Positions 56,812 to 64,000 of a DNA stretch of 64,000 nt are shown in pieces. Source of the DNA: Candidatus Rokuibacteriota bacterium. GTDB lineage: Bacteria > Methylomirabilota > Methylomirabilia > Rokubacteriales > CSP1-6. Position 1 is the first letter of the stretch; each line of letters opens with the position of its first letter. Below the pieces are notes generated by a model. It ran no database searches, had not been told where the DNA came from, and was given only the letters and a program-made list of their open reading frames with translations. A program made the position numbers and the translations under genes. The stretch is taken from assembly GCA_003220495.1 (NCBI GenBank), contig QHSP01000015.1:196610-260609 (forward strand), written 5' to 3'.

Positions 56812-56844
56812 CCCCAGTCGGAGGGGGCCTCGACGGCCCCCTCC
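56793..56844 (-). promoter_or_regulatory. Two adjacent GC hairpins in the 5' leader of the PuuE-like gene (GGGGGGC-gtt-GCCCCCC and CGGAGGGGGCC-tcgac-GGCCCCCTCCG)
   Basis: Perfect 7-bp and 11-bp stems. On the mRNA the second stem sequesters a GGAGGGGG Shine-Dalgarno-like run, and the first abuts the AUG. Confidence 0.35.
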
Positions 56845-56915
56845 GAGGCCTCCCCCAGATCGAGTTGCGCCGGCGGAGCCGGCGCTCGAACGCGATCGTC
56901 TTCTCGGGTGGCGGC

Positions 56916-58154
56916 TCATACGCTACCGATGCCGGTGGCGCCCAGGTTGTCGCCGACGTCACGGGCGCCGAACCCCGCGGAGGCGTAGTGGGCCAGGGCC
57001 GCGTCGACACTGGCACCCGCGGTCGCGCGGTAACCTTCACGACGAAGAACGTTCTCGAGGGCCGCCAGACAGAGGAGCACGAACTGACGCTGCGCCGAGT
57101 AGCCCATGGTGCCGATGCGCCAGATCTTGCCCTGCAGCTGGCCGAACGCGGCCCCGATCTCGACACCGAAATCTTCGACGAGCCGGCGCCTGACGCGCAG
57201 CTCGTCGACGCCGTCGGGCACGACGACGGGCGTCAGGAAGGAAAGCCGACGCTCGCGCGGCTCCTTACCGAAGAGCGCGAGCCCCAGGGCGTCGAGGCCG
57301 GCACGGAGCGCATCACCGTGCAATTGGTGTCGCGCGAAGCGGGCCTCGAGGCCTTCCTCGCGGACCGCCCGGAGCGCCTCGCGGAGACCGTAGACCATCG
57401 CGGTCGGCGCCGTGTGGTGGTTGAAGCGCCTGGGGCTCCAGTAGTCGGCGAGCTGGCCGAGGTCCAGATAGTTGCTCCGCACTTTGGTCCGGCGCCCGCG
57501 GATGACGGCGTCGGCCCGCGCGTTGTAGGTGACCGGCGCCAGCCCCGACGGACAGCTCAGACACTTCTGGGTCCCTGCGGTCGCGACGTCGACGTCCCAG
57601 CGGTCGACGGCGACCTCGCACCCGCCCAGGGTCACCACGCAGTCCGCGACCAGGAGCGCGCCGTGGTCGTGGGCCGCCCGTGCGAGGTCGGCGAGCGGCT
57701 GGAGTATCCCGGTCGAGGTCTCGCCGTGAACGACCGCGACCAGCTTCGTCTTTCCAGCTTTCAGCGCAGCCTCGATGGCGGCTGGATCGATCAGTCGCCC
57801 CCACTCGCCGCGCACCACGGTGACCTCGGCGCCACACCGCTCGGCGATCTCGATCAGCAGCAGGCCGAAGCGCCCGCACTCGGCGACGACCACCCGGTCG
57901 CCCGGCTCGATCAGCGAGGTGAGCGCCGCTTCGAGACCTGCGCGCCCCGTGCCGGGCACGGGGAAGGTGCGCGTGTTGGTGGTCTGGAATGCAAAGCGCG
58001 AGAGGTCCATGACGTCGTTCATGATCGCGGTGAACTCCGGGTCGAACTGGCCCAGGAGCGGCGTCGACATCGCGCGCAGGACGCGAGGGTCGGCCATGGA
58101 CGGACCAGGGCCCAGGAGGACCCGCGGACCGGGGAGGAGATCGCCGGGGGACAT
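56916..58154 (-). CDS. Class-V PLP-dependent aminotransferase (alanine/serine/ureidoglycine-glyoxylate aminotransferase family)
   Basis: 412 aa. PGP..M...V..A motif N-terminus, PLP-lysine region (TAGTQKCLSCPSG), similar to AGT/SPT/PucG-type enzymes. Confidence 0.85.
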   Translation of the reverse strand: MSPGDLLPGPRVLLGPGPSMADPRVLRAMSTPLLGQFDPEFTAIMNDVMDLSRFAFQTTNTRTFPVPGTGRAGLEAALTSLIEPGDRVVVAECGRFGLLLIEIAERCGAEVTVVRGEWGRLIDPAAIEAALKAGKTKLVAVVHGETSTGILQPLADLARAAHDHGALLVADCVVTLGGCEVAVDRWDVDVATAGTQKCLSCPSGLAPVTYNARADAVIRGRRTKVRSNYLDLGQLADYWSPRRFNHHTAPTAMVYGLREALRAVREEGLEARFARHQLHGDALRAGLDALGLALFGKEPRERRLSFLTPVVVPDGVDELRVRRRLVEDFGVEIGAAFGQLQGKIWRIGTMGYSAQRQFVLLCLAALENVLRREGYRATAGASVDAALAHYASAGFGARDVGDNLGATGIGSV

Positions 58155-58161
58155 GCCCGGG

Positions 58162-58171
58162 AATTATAATT
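58162..58171. promoter_or_regulatory. AT-rich perfect palindrome AATTATAATT in the 15-bp divergent gap
   Basis: The only AT-only 10-mer in the neighbourhood. It lies between the start of the aminotransferase (minus) and the start of XDH paralog 3 (plus). Confidence 0.35.
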
Positions 58172-60512
58172 GAGCCCCACGGCGGACCACGTGCCCGACA
58201 AATTCACCGGCCGGCCCATCAGGCGCCTCGAGGATCCTCGGCTGCTGCGCGGCCAGGCCCTCTACGTCGACGACCTGCGCGTGCCGGGAGCTCTCCACGT
58301 GGCGTTCGCCCGCAGCATTTATCCCCACGCCACCTTCCAGGTCGCCCCCACCGCGGCGCGGGCCGTTCCGGCGGTCGTCGGCGTGTTCACTGCCGCCGAT
58401 CTCCAGGCCGAGCGCGGCTTCCGCGAGATCCCCGCGGTCATCGATCACCCGGCGCTTCGACCGTGCCGGCAGCTTCCGCTGGCCCGCGACAAGGTTCGTT
58501 ACGTCGGCGAGCCGATCGCCGCCGTCGTCGCCGAGAGCCGGTACGCGGCCCAGGACGGCGTGGCGGCGCTCGGGATCTCGTACGATCCGCTCGCCGCCGT
58601 GCCCGACGCGCACGCGGCCGTCGCTGCCGGCGCGCCGCTCCTGCACGACCGGATCGAGGGCAACGTCGCCGCCGACTTCACCGTGCGGTCGGGCGATGCC
58701 GACGGCGCGTTTCGGCGCGCCGAGGTCGTGACGCGCGGGCGCTACTACGTCCACCGCTACACCGGGATGCCGCTGGAGACGCGCGGCGTCCTGGCCGCGT
58801 ACGACACCGGCACGCAGAGCCTCACGGTCTGGTCATCGACCCAGTGGCCTCACACTCTGCGCGACGCGCTTCGCGACGTCTTCGGGCTCAGCGAGCATCG
58901 GATTCGCGTGATCGCGCCGGACGTGGGCGGTGGCTTCGGCGTGAAGCAGGAGATCTATCCGGAAGAGATCGTGCTCGCGCTGCTGGCGATGCGCCTGGGC
59001 GCGCCGGTGAAATGGATCGAGACGCGTCACGAGCACGTGACGAACACCGCGCACGCGCGCGAGCAGTGGCACGACGTCGAGCTCGCGGCGCGCCGCGACG
59101 GGACGATCGTCGCGATGCGCGCCGAGCTGCTCGCCGACCTCGGCGCCTACACGCGGAGCCTCGGGGTGCTCTGTCCCTCGATCACCGCGGCGAGCTTGCC
59201 GGGGCCCTACCGGATCCGTGACTATACGTGCCGCGTGCGCGCGGCGCTCACGTGCAAGGCGCCGGCGGCCGCGTATCGAGGCGCCGGGCAGCCGGAGGCG
59301 GTGTTCGCGGTCGAGCGCGCCGTGGATCAGCTCGCGCAGGAGCTCGGGATGGATCCCGCCGAAGTCCGCCGGAAGAACTTCATCCGTCGCGACGAGTTCC
59401 CGTGGGAGCTCGGGCTCTCGTCGGCGCAGGTCCCGGTGGTCTACGACAGCGGCGACTACGAAGCGTCGCTCGACGCCGCGCTGACCCTGGCGCGCTACCG
59501 GGAGCGACGTGCCGAGCAAGCCGTTGAGCGCGCCAGGGGTGACCGCGGTCGCCTCGTCGGCGTTGGCATCGCCTCGTACGTGCTGCTCACCGGGCTCGGA
59601 CCCCACGAGGGCGCGGTGCTGCGCGTGGACCCGACCGGCCAGGCGCTGCTCGTCACCGGCGCCTCGCCGCACGGTCAAGGAACCGCCACAGTGCTGGCCC
59701 AGGTGGTCGCCGACGAGCTCGGCCTCGAGCCTCACGACGTCGTCGTCCGGCACGGCGACACCGCGATGATCCCGTTCGGCGTCGGAACCTACGCGAGTCG
59801 CAATGCGGTCGTGGCCGGCAGCGCCGCGCTCGTCGCCGCCCGCGCCGTCGCCGACAAGGCGCGTCGACTAGCCGCGCACCGGCTGGAGGTGGCCGAGGGG
59901 GACCTCGAGCTCGCCGGCGGCGCCGTGCGCGTCGTGGGAGCGCCGCACCGACGGCTATCGCTCGGGGAGATCGCGGCCGCGTGCGCGCCCGGCTCACCGT
60001 TGCCGGAGGGCATGAGCCCAGGCCTCGAAGCCACGCGGTATTTCCTGGCGCCGCGACCAACCTTCGCGAGCGGCGTGCACGTCGCGGTCGTCGCGGTGGA
60101 CCGTGACACCGGCGGTGTCGAGATCGTCGACTACGTCGCCGCGAGCGACGCCGGACGGCTGATCAACCCGCTCATCGTCGAGGGCCAGATCCACGGGGGC
60201 GTCGCCCAGGGTGTCGGCGGCGCCCTGTACGAAGAGCTCGCCTACGACGAGCACGCCCAGCCGCGCGCTCAATCGCTGATGGAATACGTCATGCCCACCG
60301 CTGGCCAGATTCCCGCGATCAAGATCGCCAACCTCGTCACGCCGAGCCCGCTCAACCCGCTCGGCGTGAAGGGCGTCGGTGAGGGCGGTGCCCTGGCGCC
60401 TCCGGCCGCGATCACGGCCGCGGTCGAGGACGCGCTCCGTCCCTTCGGTGCCCACATCGTGGGCACTCCGATCCGGGCCGAGGACGTGCTGCGCCTCATG
60501 CGCCGGTCTTGA
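58170..60512 (+). CDS. Xanthine dehydrogenase/CoxL-family molybdopterin-binding large subunit (paralog 3, AYRGAG-type)
   Basis: 780 aa. GRPIRRLEDPRLLRG hammerhead start and an AAYRGAGQPE active-site loop (form-II, non-CO-oxidising type). TTG at 58170, or an alternative GTG about 58189. Confidence 0.85.
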   Translation: MSPTADHVPDKFTGRPIRRLEDPRLLRGQALYVDDLRVPGALHVAFARSIYPHATFQVAPTAARAVPAVVGVFTAADLQAERGFREIPAVIDHPALRPCRQLPLARDKVRYVGEPIAAVVAESRYAAQDGVAALGISYDPLAAVPDAHAAVAAGAPLLHDRIEGNVAADFTVRSGDADGAFRRAEVVTRGRYYVHRYTGMPLETRGVLAAYDTGTQSLTVWSSTQWPHTLRDALRDVFGLSEHRIRVIAPDVGGGFGVKQEIYPEEIVLALLAMRLGAPVKWIETRHEHVTNTAHAREQWHDVELAARRDGTIVAMRAELLADLGAYTRSLGVLCPSITAASLPGPYRIRDYTCRVRAALTCKAPAAAYRGAGQPEAVFAVERAVDQLAQELGMDPAEVRRKNFIRRDEFPWELGLSSAQVPVVYDSGDYEASLDAALTLARYRERRAEQAVERARGDRGRLVGVGIASYVLLTGLGPHEGAVLRVDPTGQALLVTGASPHGQGTATVLAQVVADELGLEPHDVVVRHGDTAMIPFGVGTYASRNAVVAGSAALVAARAVADKARRLAAHRLEVAEGDLELAGGAVRVVGAPHRRLSLGEIAAACAPGSPLPEGMSPGLEATRYFLAPRPTFASGVHVAVVAVDRDTGGVEIVDYVAASDAGRLINPLIVEGQIHGGVAQGVGGALYEELAYDEHAQPRAQSLMEYVMPTAGQIPAIKIANLVTPSPLNPLGVKGVGEGGALAPPAAITAAVEDALRPFGAHIVGTPIRAEDVLRLMRRS

Positions 60513-60568
60513 CGTCGGCCGTGGCTCGGTCTTAGCTTCCTGGGACAGTCGGCTCAAAGGAGGCGTGC

Positions 60569-61591
60569 ATGTTGACCAGAACCGTGGCGCTCGTCGCCCT
60601 GCTGCTGCTCGCGCTACCGGCGTGGCGCTCGAGCGCCGAGGCGCAGACCAAAGTGAGGTTCGCGCTCGACTGGCAGATCCAGGGCCCGCAGGCCCCGTTC
60701 ATCACCGCCAAGGCGCTCGGCGCATTCGCGGCGCAGGGTCTCGACGTCACGATCGATCGCGGAACCGGCTCGCAGAAGACGATCGAGCAGGTGGCGACCG
60801 GAACCTACGACCTCGGCTACGGCGACATCAACTCGATGATCGAGTACAACGTCAAGAATCCGCAGACGCCGCTGATCGCAGTCGGGATGGTCCTGAACTC
60901 GCCGCCCTTTGCGCTGCTCTCGCTCAAGCGCTACGGGATCCGCGATCCGAAAGACCTCAAGGGCGCCAGCATCGGCGCGCCGGCCGGCGACGCGCCGCGG
61001 CGGCTCTGGCCGATCTTCGCGAAGAACATCGGGCTACCCGCCGACAGCGTGACCTGGACCAACATGGCGCCGCCGCTCCGTGAGCCCGCCCTCGTCAAGG
61101 GCGATGTCAAGGCGATCTCCGGCTTCTACTTCACCGGCTATCTCAACCTGACCGAAAATCTCAAGATCCCCGAGGCGGACGTCGTCGCGTTCAAGTACAG
61201 CGATCACGGCATCGACCTCTACGGCAACGCCGTGGTCGCGCGCGTCGACTGGCTCAAGGCGAACGCGGACACCGTACGTCGCTTCCTCGCCGCGCTCAAC
61301 ACCGGATTCAAGGCGACCCTGAAGGATCCAACCGCGGCCATCGCGCACATCCGAGCGGCCGAGCCGTTGACGAACGAGAGCACCGAGCTCAAGCGTCTGC
61401 AGCTGGCGATCAGCGCGAACATGATCAACGACGAGGTGCGGAGGAACGGCCTCTTGGCCATCGACCCGGCGCGGATGCAGCGCGCGATCGAGCAGGTCGT
61501 CGCCTCGTTCGAGCTCGGGGCGAAGCCCACCGTCGCGCAGGTCTTCACAGGCGCCTATCTGCCGCCCGCCGCCGACCGGAAGCTGGACTGA
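60569..61591 (+). CDS. ABC transporter substrate-binding protein (NitT/TauT, NMT1/SsuA-like), signal peptide
   Basis: MLTRTVALVALLLLALPAWRSSAEAQ signal. 340 aa. AAAGGAGG ribosome-binding site. Confidence 0.8.
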   Translation: MLTRTVALVALLLLALPAWRSSAEAQTKVRFALDWQIQGPQAPFITAKALGAFAAQGLDVTIDRGTGSQKTIEQVATGTYDLGYGDINSMIEYNVKNPQTPLIAVGMVLNSPPFALLSLKRYGIRDPKDLKGASIGAPAGDAPRRLWPIFAKNIGLPADSVTWTNMAPPLREPALVKGDVKAISGFYFTGYLNLTENLKIPEADVVAFKYSDHGIDLYGNAVVARVDWLKANADTVRRFLAALNTGFKATLKDPTAAIAHIRAAEPLTNESTELKRLQLAISANMINDEVRRNGLLAIDPARMQRAIEQVVASFELGAKPTVAQVFTGAYLPPAADRKLD

Positions 61592-61947
61592 ACGACGGCG
61601 TGAAGACAATCTTCGCGGGGGCGCCTCGAAGCCCTGGGCCAGCCGCCCAACCCGGTACGCCAGCCGTTCGAAGCAGTGGGGGGGCTTGGGGGAGGAGCGG
61701 CGCTGCGCTCCCCCCCATGTACGTCGCCTCGTTCGAGCTCGGGGCGAAGCCCACCGTCGCACCGGTCTTCACAGGTGCCTATCTGCCGCCCGCCGCCGAC
61801 CGGAAGCTGGACTTGAACGACGGCGTGAAGACAATCTTCGCGGGGGCGCCTCGAAGCCCTGGGCCAGCCGCCCAACCCGGTACGCCGGCCGTTCGAAGCG
61901 GTGGGGGGGCTTGGGGGAGGAGCGGCGCTGCGCTCCCCCCCATGTAC
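61499..61947. repeat. Tandem direct duplication, 2 x about 224 bp (about 97 % identical)
   Basis: Unit 1 (61499-61722) holds the last 30 codons of the SBP gene, its TGA stop, and two GC-rich hairpins. Unit 2 (61723-61947) repeats it with 6 substitutions and a 1-bp insertion (CTGAAC to CTTGAAC) that removes the stop. Confidence 0.8.
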
Positions 61948-61949
61948 AT

Positions 61950-62759
61950 CTGAACCCTCCGGGCGCCCAAACGGCCGTCGCGATTCGCGACGTCTCCTAC
62001 GACTACGTCACCAACGGCCGCGTGACCCGCGCGCTCGCCCGCGTCTCCCTCGAGATCGAGCGCGGGACGACCGTGGCGTTCGTGGGGCCGAGCGGCTGCG
62101 GCAAGTCCACGTTGCTCAAGCTGATCGCGGGGCTCGTGCGACCGACCGAGGGCGCGATTGCCGTCGACGGGCTCACGGTCGCCGGCCCCCTGAAGAACGT
62201 CGGGATGGCGTTTCAGAACCCCGTGCTGCTGCCCTGGCGCACCGTCCTCGACAACCTCTTGCTGCCGCTCGAGATCCTCCGCGAGAACCAGGATCCACGC
62301 GCGCCGGCCCGCGCGCTCTGGGGCGAGCGCGCGAGCGCGCTGCTCGGCACCGTCGGGCTCGCGGGCGCCGAGCACCGTCAGCCCCGCGAGCTCTCCGGCG
62401 GGATGCGCCAGCGCGTGAGCCTCTGCCGGGCGCTCATCCACGAGCCGGCGCTGCTGCTCCTCGACGAGCCGTTCGCCTCGCTGGACGCGTTCACGCGAGA
62501 AGAAATGTGGGAGCTTCACCAGCAGCTTCGGCTGCAGCGCGAGTTCACGGGGGTGCTGGTGACTCACGACCTCCGCGAGGCAGTGTTCCTCGCCCAGACC
62601 ATCTACGTGATGTCGGCGAGCCCCGGGCGCATCGCCCACGTCCACCGGGTGAGCCTCCGGGCGCCGCGAACCCTGGAGCAGCTCTACAGTGCCGAGGCGA
62701 CCGCGCTCATCCGGGACATGCGCGAGCAGATCCGCCCGAGCCGGCGGGCCGTGGCGTGA
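61950..62759 (+). CDS. ABC transporter ATP-binding protein (NitT/TauT family)
   Basis: Walker A GPSGCGKST, Q-loop, signature LSGGMRQR, Walker B LLLLDEP. There is no ATG/GTG start at the expected distance. Candidate starts are CTG 61950 or ATT 61983, immediately after the duplication. Confidence 0.75.
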   Translation: MNPPGAQTAVAIRDVSYDYVTNGRVTRALARVSLEIERGTTVAFVGPSGCGKSTLLKLIAGLVRPTEGAIAVDGLTVAGPLKNVGMAFQNPVLLPWRTVLDNLLLPLEILRENQDPRAPARALWGERASALLGTVGLAGAEHRQPRELSGGMRQRVSLCRALIHEPALLLLDEPFASLDAFTREEMWELHQQLRLQREFTGVLVTHDLREAVFLAQTIYVMSASPGRIAHVHRVSLRAPRTLEQLYSAEATALIRDMREQIRPSRRAVA

Positions 62760-63511
62760 GCCCGCACCTGCGCCGGCTCGTCCTGCCGCTCGTGGTCTTT
62801 GGGGGCCTGGTGCTCGTCTGGGAGATGGCCGTGCCGGCGCTCAGGATCCAGCAGATCGTGCTCCCAGCGCCGAGTGGGGTGGTGCGAACCATGGTGCAGA
62901 CGGCCGGGCCGATCGCGTTTCACGCCCGGCACACGCTCGTGACGACGTTGATCGGCTTCGCGGCGGCGGTCGGCCTCGGGCTCTTGCTGGGCTTCCTCAT
63001 CGGCGCCTCGGCGACGGCGAACGACGCGCTCTATCCGCTGCTGGTCGGCTTCAACAGCATCCCGAAGGCGGCGGTGGTGCCGATGCTCGTGATGTGGTTC
63101 GGCATCGGCGCCGTGCCGGCGGTGCTCACCGCGTTCCTGCTGGCGTTCTTTCCCGTCGCGGTCAACGTCGCCCTCGGGCTCGCGACGCTCGAGGCCGAGC
63201 TGCGCGACGTGCTGCGGGTCCTCGGGGCGTCGCGGTGGCAGGTCTTCCGAAAGGTCGGCGTCCCGAGAACGATGCCGCTCTTTTTTGCTTCGCTCAAGGT
63301 CGCGGTCTCTTCGGCGTTCGTGGGCTCGGTGATCTCCGAGACGGTCGCGTCGAACGCCGGAATCGGCTATTTGATGGCGGTGGCGGCGTCGGACTTCAAC
63401 ACGCGGCTCGCCTTCGGCGGCCTGTTCGTGCTGGCCGCGATGGGCGTAGCGCTCTACGGGGTCTTCGCGGCCATCGAACGACGCATAACGGCCTGGGCTT
63501 ACGCGGAGTAG
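62756..63511 (+). CDS. ABC transporter permease (NitT/TauT/SsuC-like)
   Basis: 251 aa. GTG start overlaps the ATPase stop (GTGA). 6 TM segments and an EAA-like loop region. Confidence 0.85.
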   Translation: MSPHLRRLVLPLVVFGGLVLVWEMAVPALRIQQIVLPAPSGVVRTMVQTAGPIAFHARHTLVTTLIGFAAAVGLGLLLGFLIGASATANDALYPLLVGFNSIPKAAVVPMLVMWFGIGAVPAVLTAFLLAFFPVAVNVALGLATLEAELRDVLRVLGASRWQVFRKVGVPRTMPLFFASLKVAVSSAFVGSVISETVASNAGIGYLMAVAASDFNTRLAFGGLFVLAAMGVALYGVFAAIERRITAWAYAE

Positions 63512-63515
63512 GGTA

Positions 63516-64000
63516 GTGGACACCTTGATCCTCGACTGGCTGAACATCGGCCTTCGCTGGGTGCACCTGATCGCGGGGATCGGGTGGATCGGCACCTCGC
63601 TCTACTTCATGTGGCTCGACGCCGCGTTGATCCGCGACGACCCGCCGCGAGGCGACGTCGAGGGTCACACGTGGCTGCTCCACAGCGGCGGGTTCTACCT
63701 GGTCGAGCGGCGCAGGCTGCCGCCGGGGCAGCTGCCGTCGCCGATCCACTGGTTCAAGTGGGAAGCCGCGATGACGTGGCTGACCGGCTTCCCGCTCCTG
63801 GTGCTCGTCTACTACCTGACGCGGGGCGTGTACCTCGTCGATCCCTCGGTGTCCTCGATCACGCCGGGCCAGGCGGTCGCGCTCGGGATCGGGCTCCTGA
63901 TCGTCGGCTGGGCCGGCTACGACCTCCTGTGGAGCTCACCGCTCGCGCGCGGCTCCGGCCTCGCCGCCGCGCTCGTTTCCTGGGTGCTCCTGCTCGCGGT
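63516..64000 (+). CDS. PuuD/urate-hydroxylase-like membrane protein (Urate_ox_N-like domain), 3'-truncated by the window edge
   Basis: WLNIGLRWVHLIAGIGWIGTSLYFMWLD resembles the conserved N-terminal membrane-domain motif of PuuD-type proteins. GTG start with a GGAG ribosome-binding site 4 bp after the permease stop. Runs off the window end. Confidence 0.5.
   Translation, partial: MDTLILDWLNIGLRWVHLIAGIGWIGTSLYFMWLDAALIRDDPPRGDVEGHTWLLHSGGFYLVERRRLPPGQLPSPIHWFKWEAAMTWLTGFPLLVLVYYLTRGVYLVDPSVSSITPGQAVALGIGLLIVGWAGYDLLWSSPLARGSGLAAALVSWVLLLA

Noticed and set aside
1-64000. Search for mobile-element hallmarks (transposase, integrase, tRNA-flanked island, direct-repeat att sites), CRISPR arrays, or toxin-antitoxin pairs
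   Set aside because: None were found. The only repeats are the REP-like family and the single tandem duplication, and there are no Cas-like or recombinase-like ORFs. The accessory character of the region comes from paralog expansion, not from an identifiable mobile element.

Overview
This is a very GC-rich (about 70 %) chromosomal segment with tight gene packing, GGAGG-type ribosome-binding sites, Tat/Sec signal peptides and two IdeR/DtxR-like iron boxes, consistent with an Actinobacteria-like or other high-GC soil bacterium. Coding density is high on both strands. I found no rRNA, tRNA, CRISPR, transposase, integrase or phage genes. Coordinates taken from the ORF track are exact; coordinates for repeats, boxes and hairpins were read from the printed sequence lines and may be off by 1-2 bp, because my line reading and the track disagreed by 1 bp in a few places.

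Content:
- Three ABC-importer loci, each physically coupled to a paralog of a short, zinc-type cobalamin-independent methionine-synthase catalytic-domain protein (MetE C-terminal-like, 'core-MetE'). A partial fourth copy is at the 5' edge of the window and a fifth divergent copy sits in locus 2, so five such paralogs occur in 64 kb. Locus 1 is the minus-strand operon 2914-9017 plus the divergent SBP gene 9152-10261. Locus 2 is the plus-strand operon 11800-18599. Locus 3 spans 29880-41919.
- An iron-homeostasis module: IdeR box / bfd-bfr, IdeR box / cupredoxin-FTR1 permease, and a divergent 4'-phosphopantetheinyl transferase.
- Three stand-alone xanthine-dehydrogenase/CoxL-family molybdopterin large-subunit paralogs with no adjacent FAD or [2Fe-2S] subunit genes.
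- An unusual ureide/purine-like catabolic cluster at 53.3-64 kb: XDH-like, class-V aminotransferase, PuuE-like deacetylase, UbiD-family decarboxylase, NitT/TauT transporter, PuuD-like membrane protein.
- A mix of other catabolic enzymes: FAH, MBL hydrolase, 2OG oxygenase, intradiol dioxygenase, CocE/NonD hydrolase, D-aminoacylase, NHL, nitroreductase, VOC, MR/MLE enolase, cyclase, alpha-hydroxyacid dehydrogenase, Zn-ADH, plus a GT39 glycosyltransferase and a TPR protein.

Non-coding signals:
- A dispersed REP-like imperfect-palindrome family of about 45-50 bp with five copies.
- A roughly 224-bp tandem duplication spanning a gene 3' end plus terminator hairpin.
- Conserved TTGAC(A/T)-N16-TACCAT promoters in front of paralogous SBP genes.
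- GC hairpins that sequester the ribosome-binding site ahead of the PuuE-like gene.
- An AT-rich palindrome in a divergent promoter.

Many long ORFs in the six-frame track (for example 12740-17908, 31416-34556, 34686-37691) are Arg/Ala/Gly-rich antisense or off-frame artefacts of high-GC DNA and are not genes.
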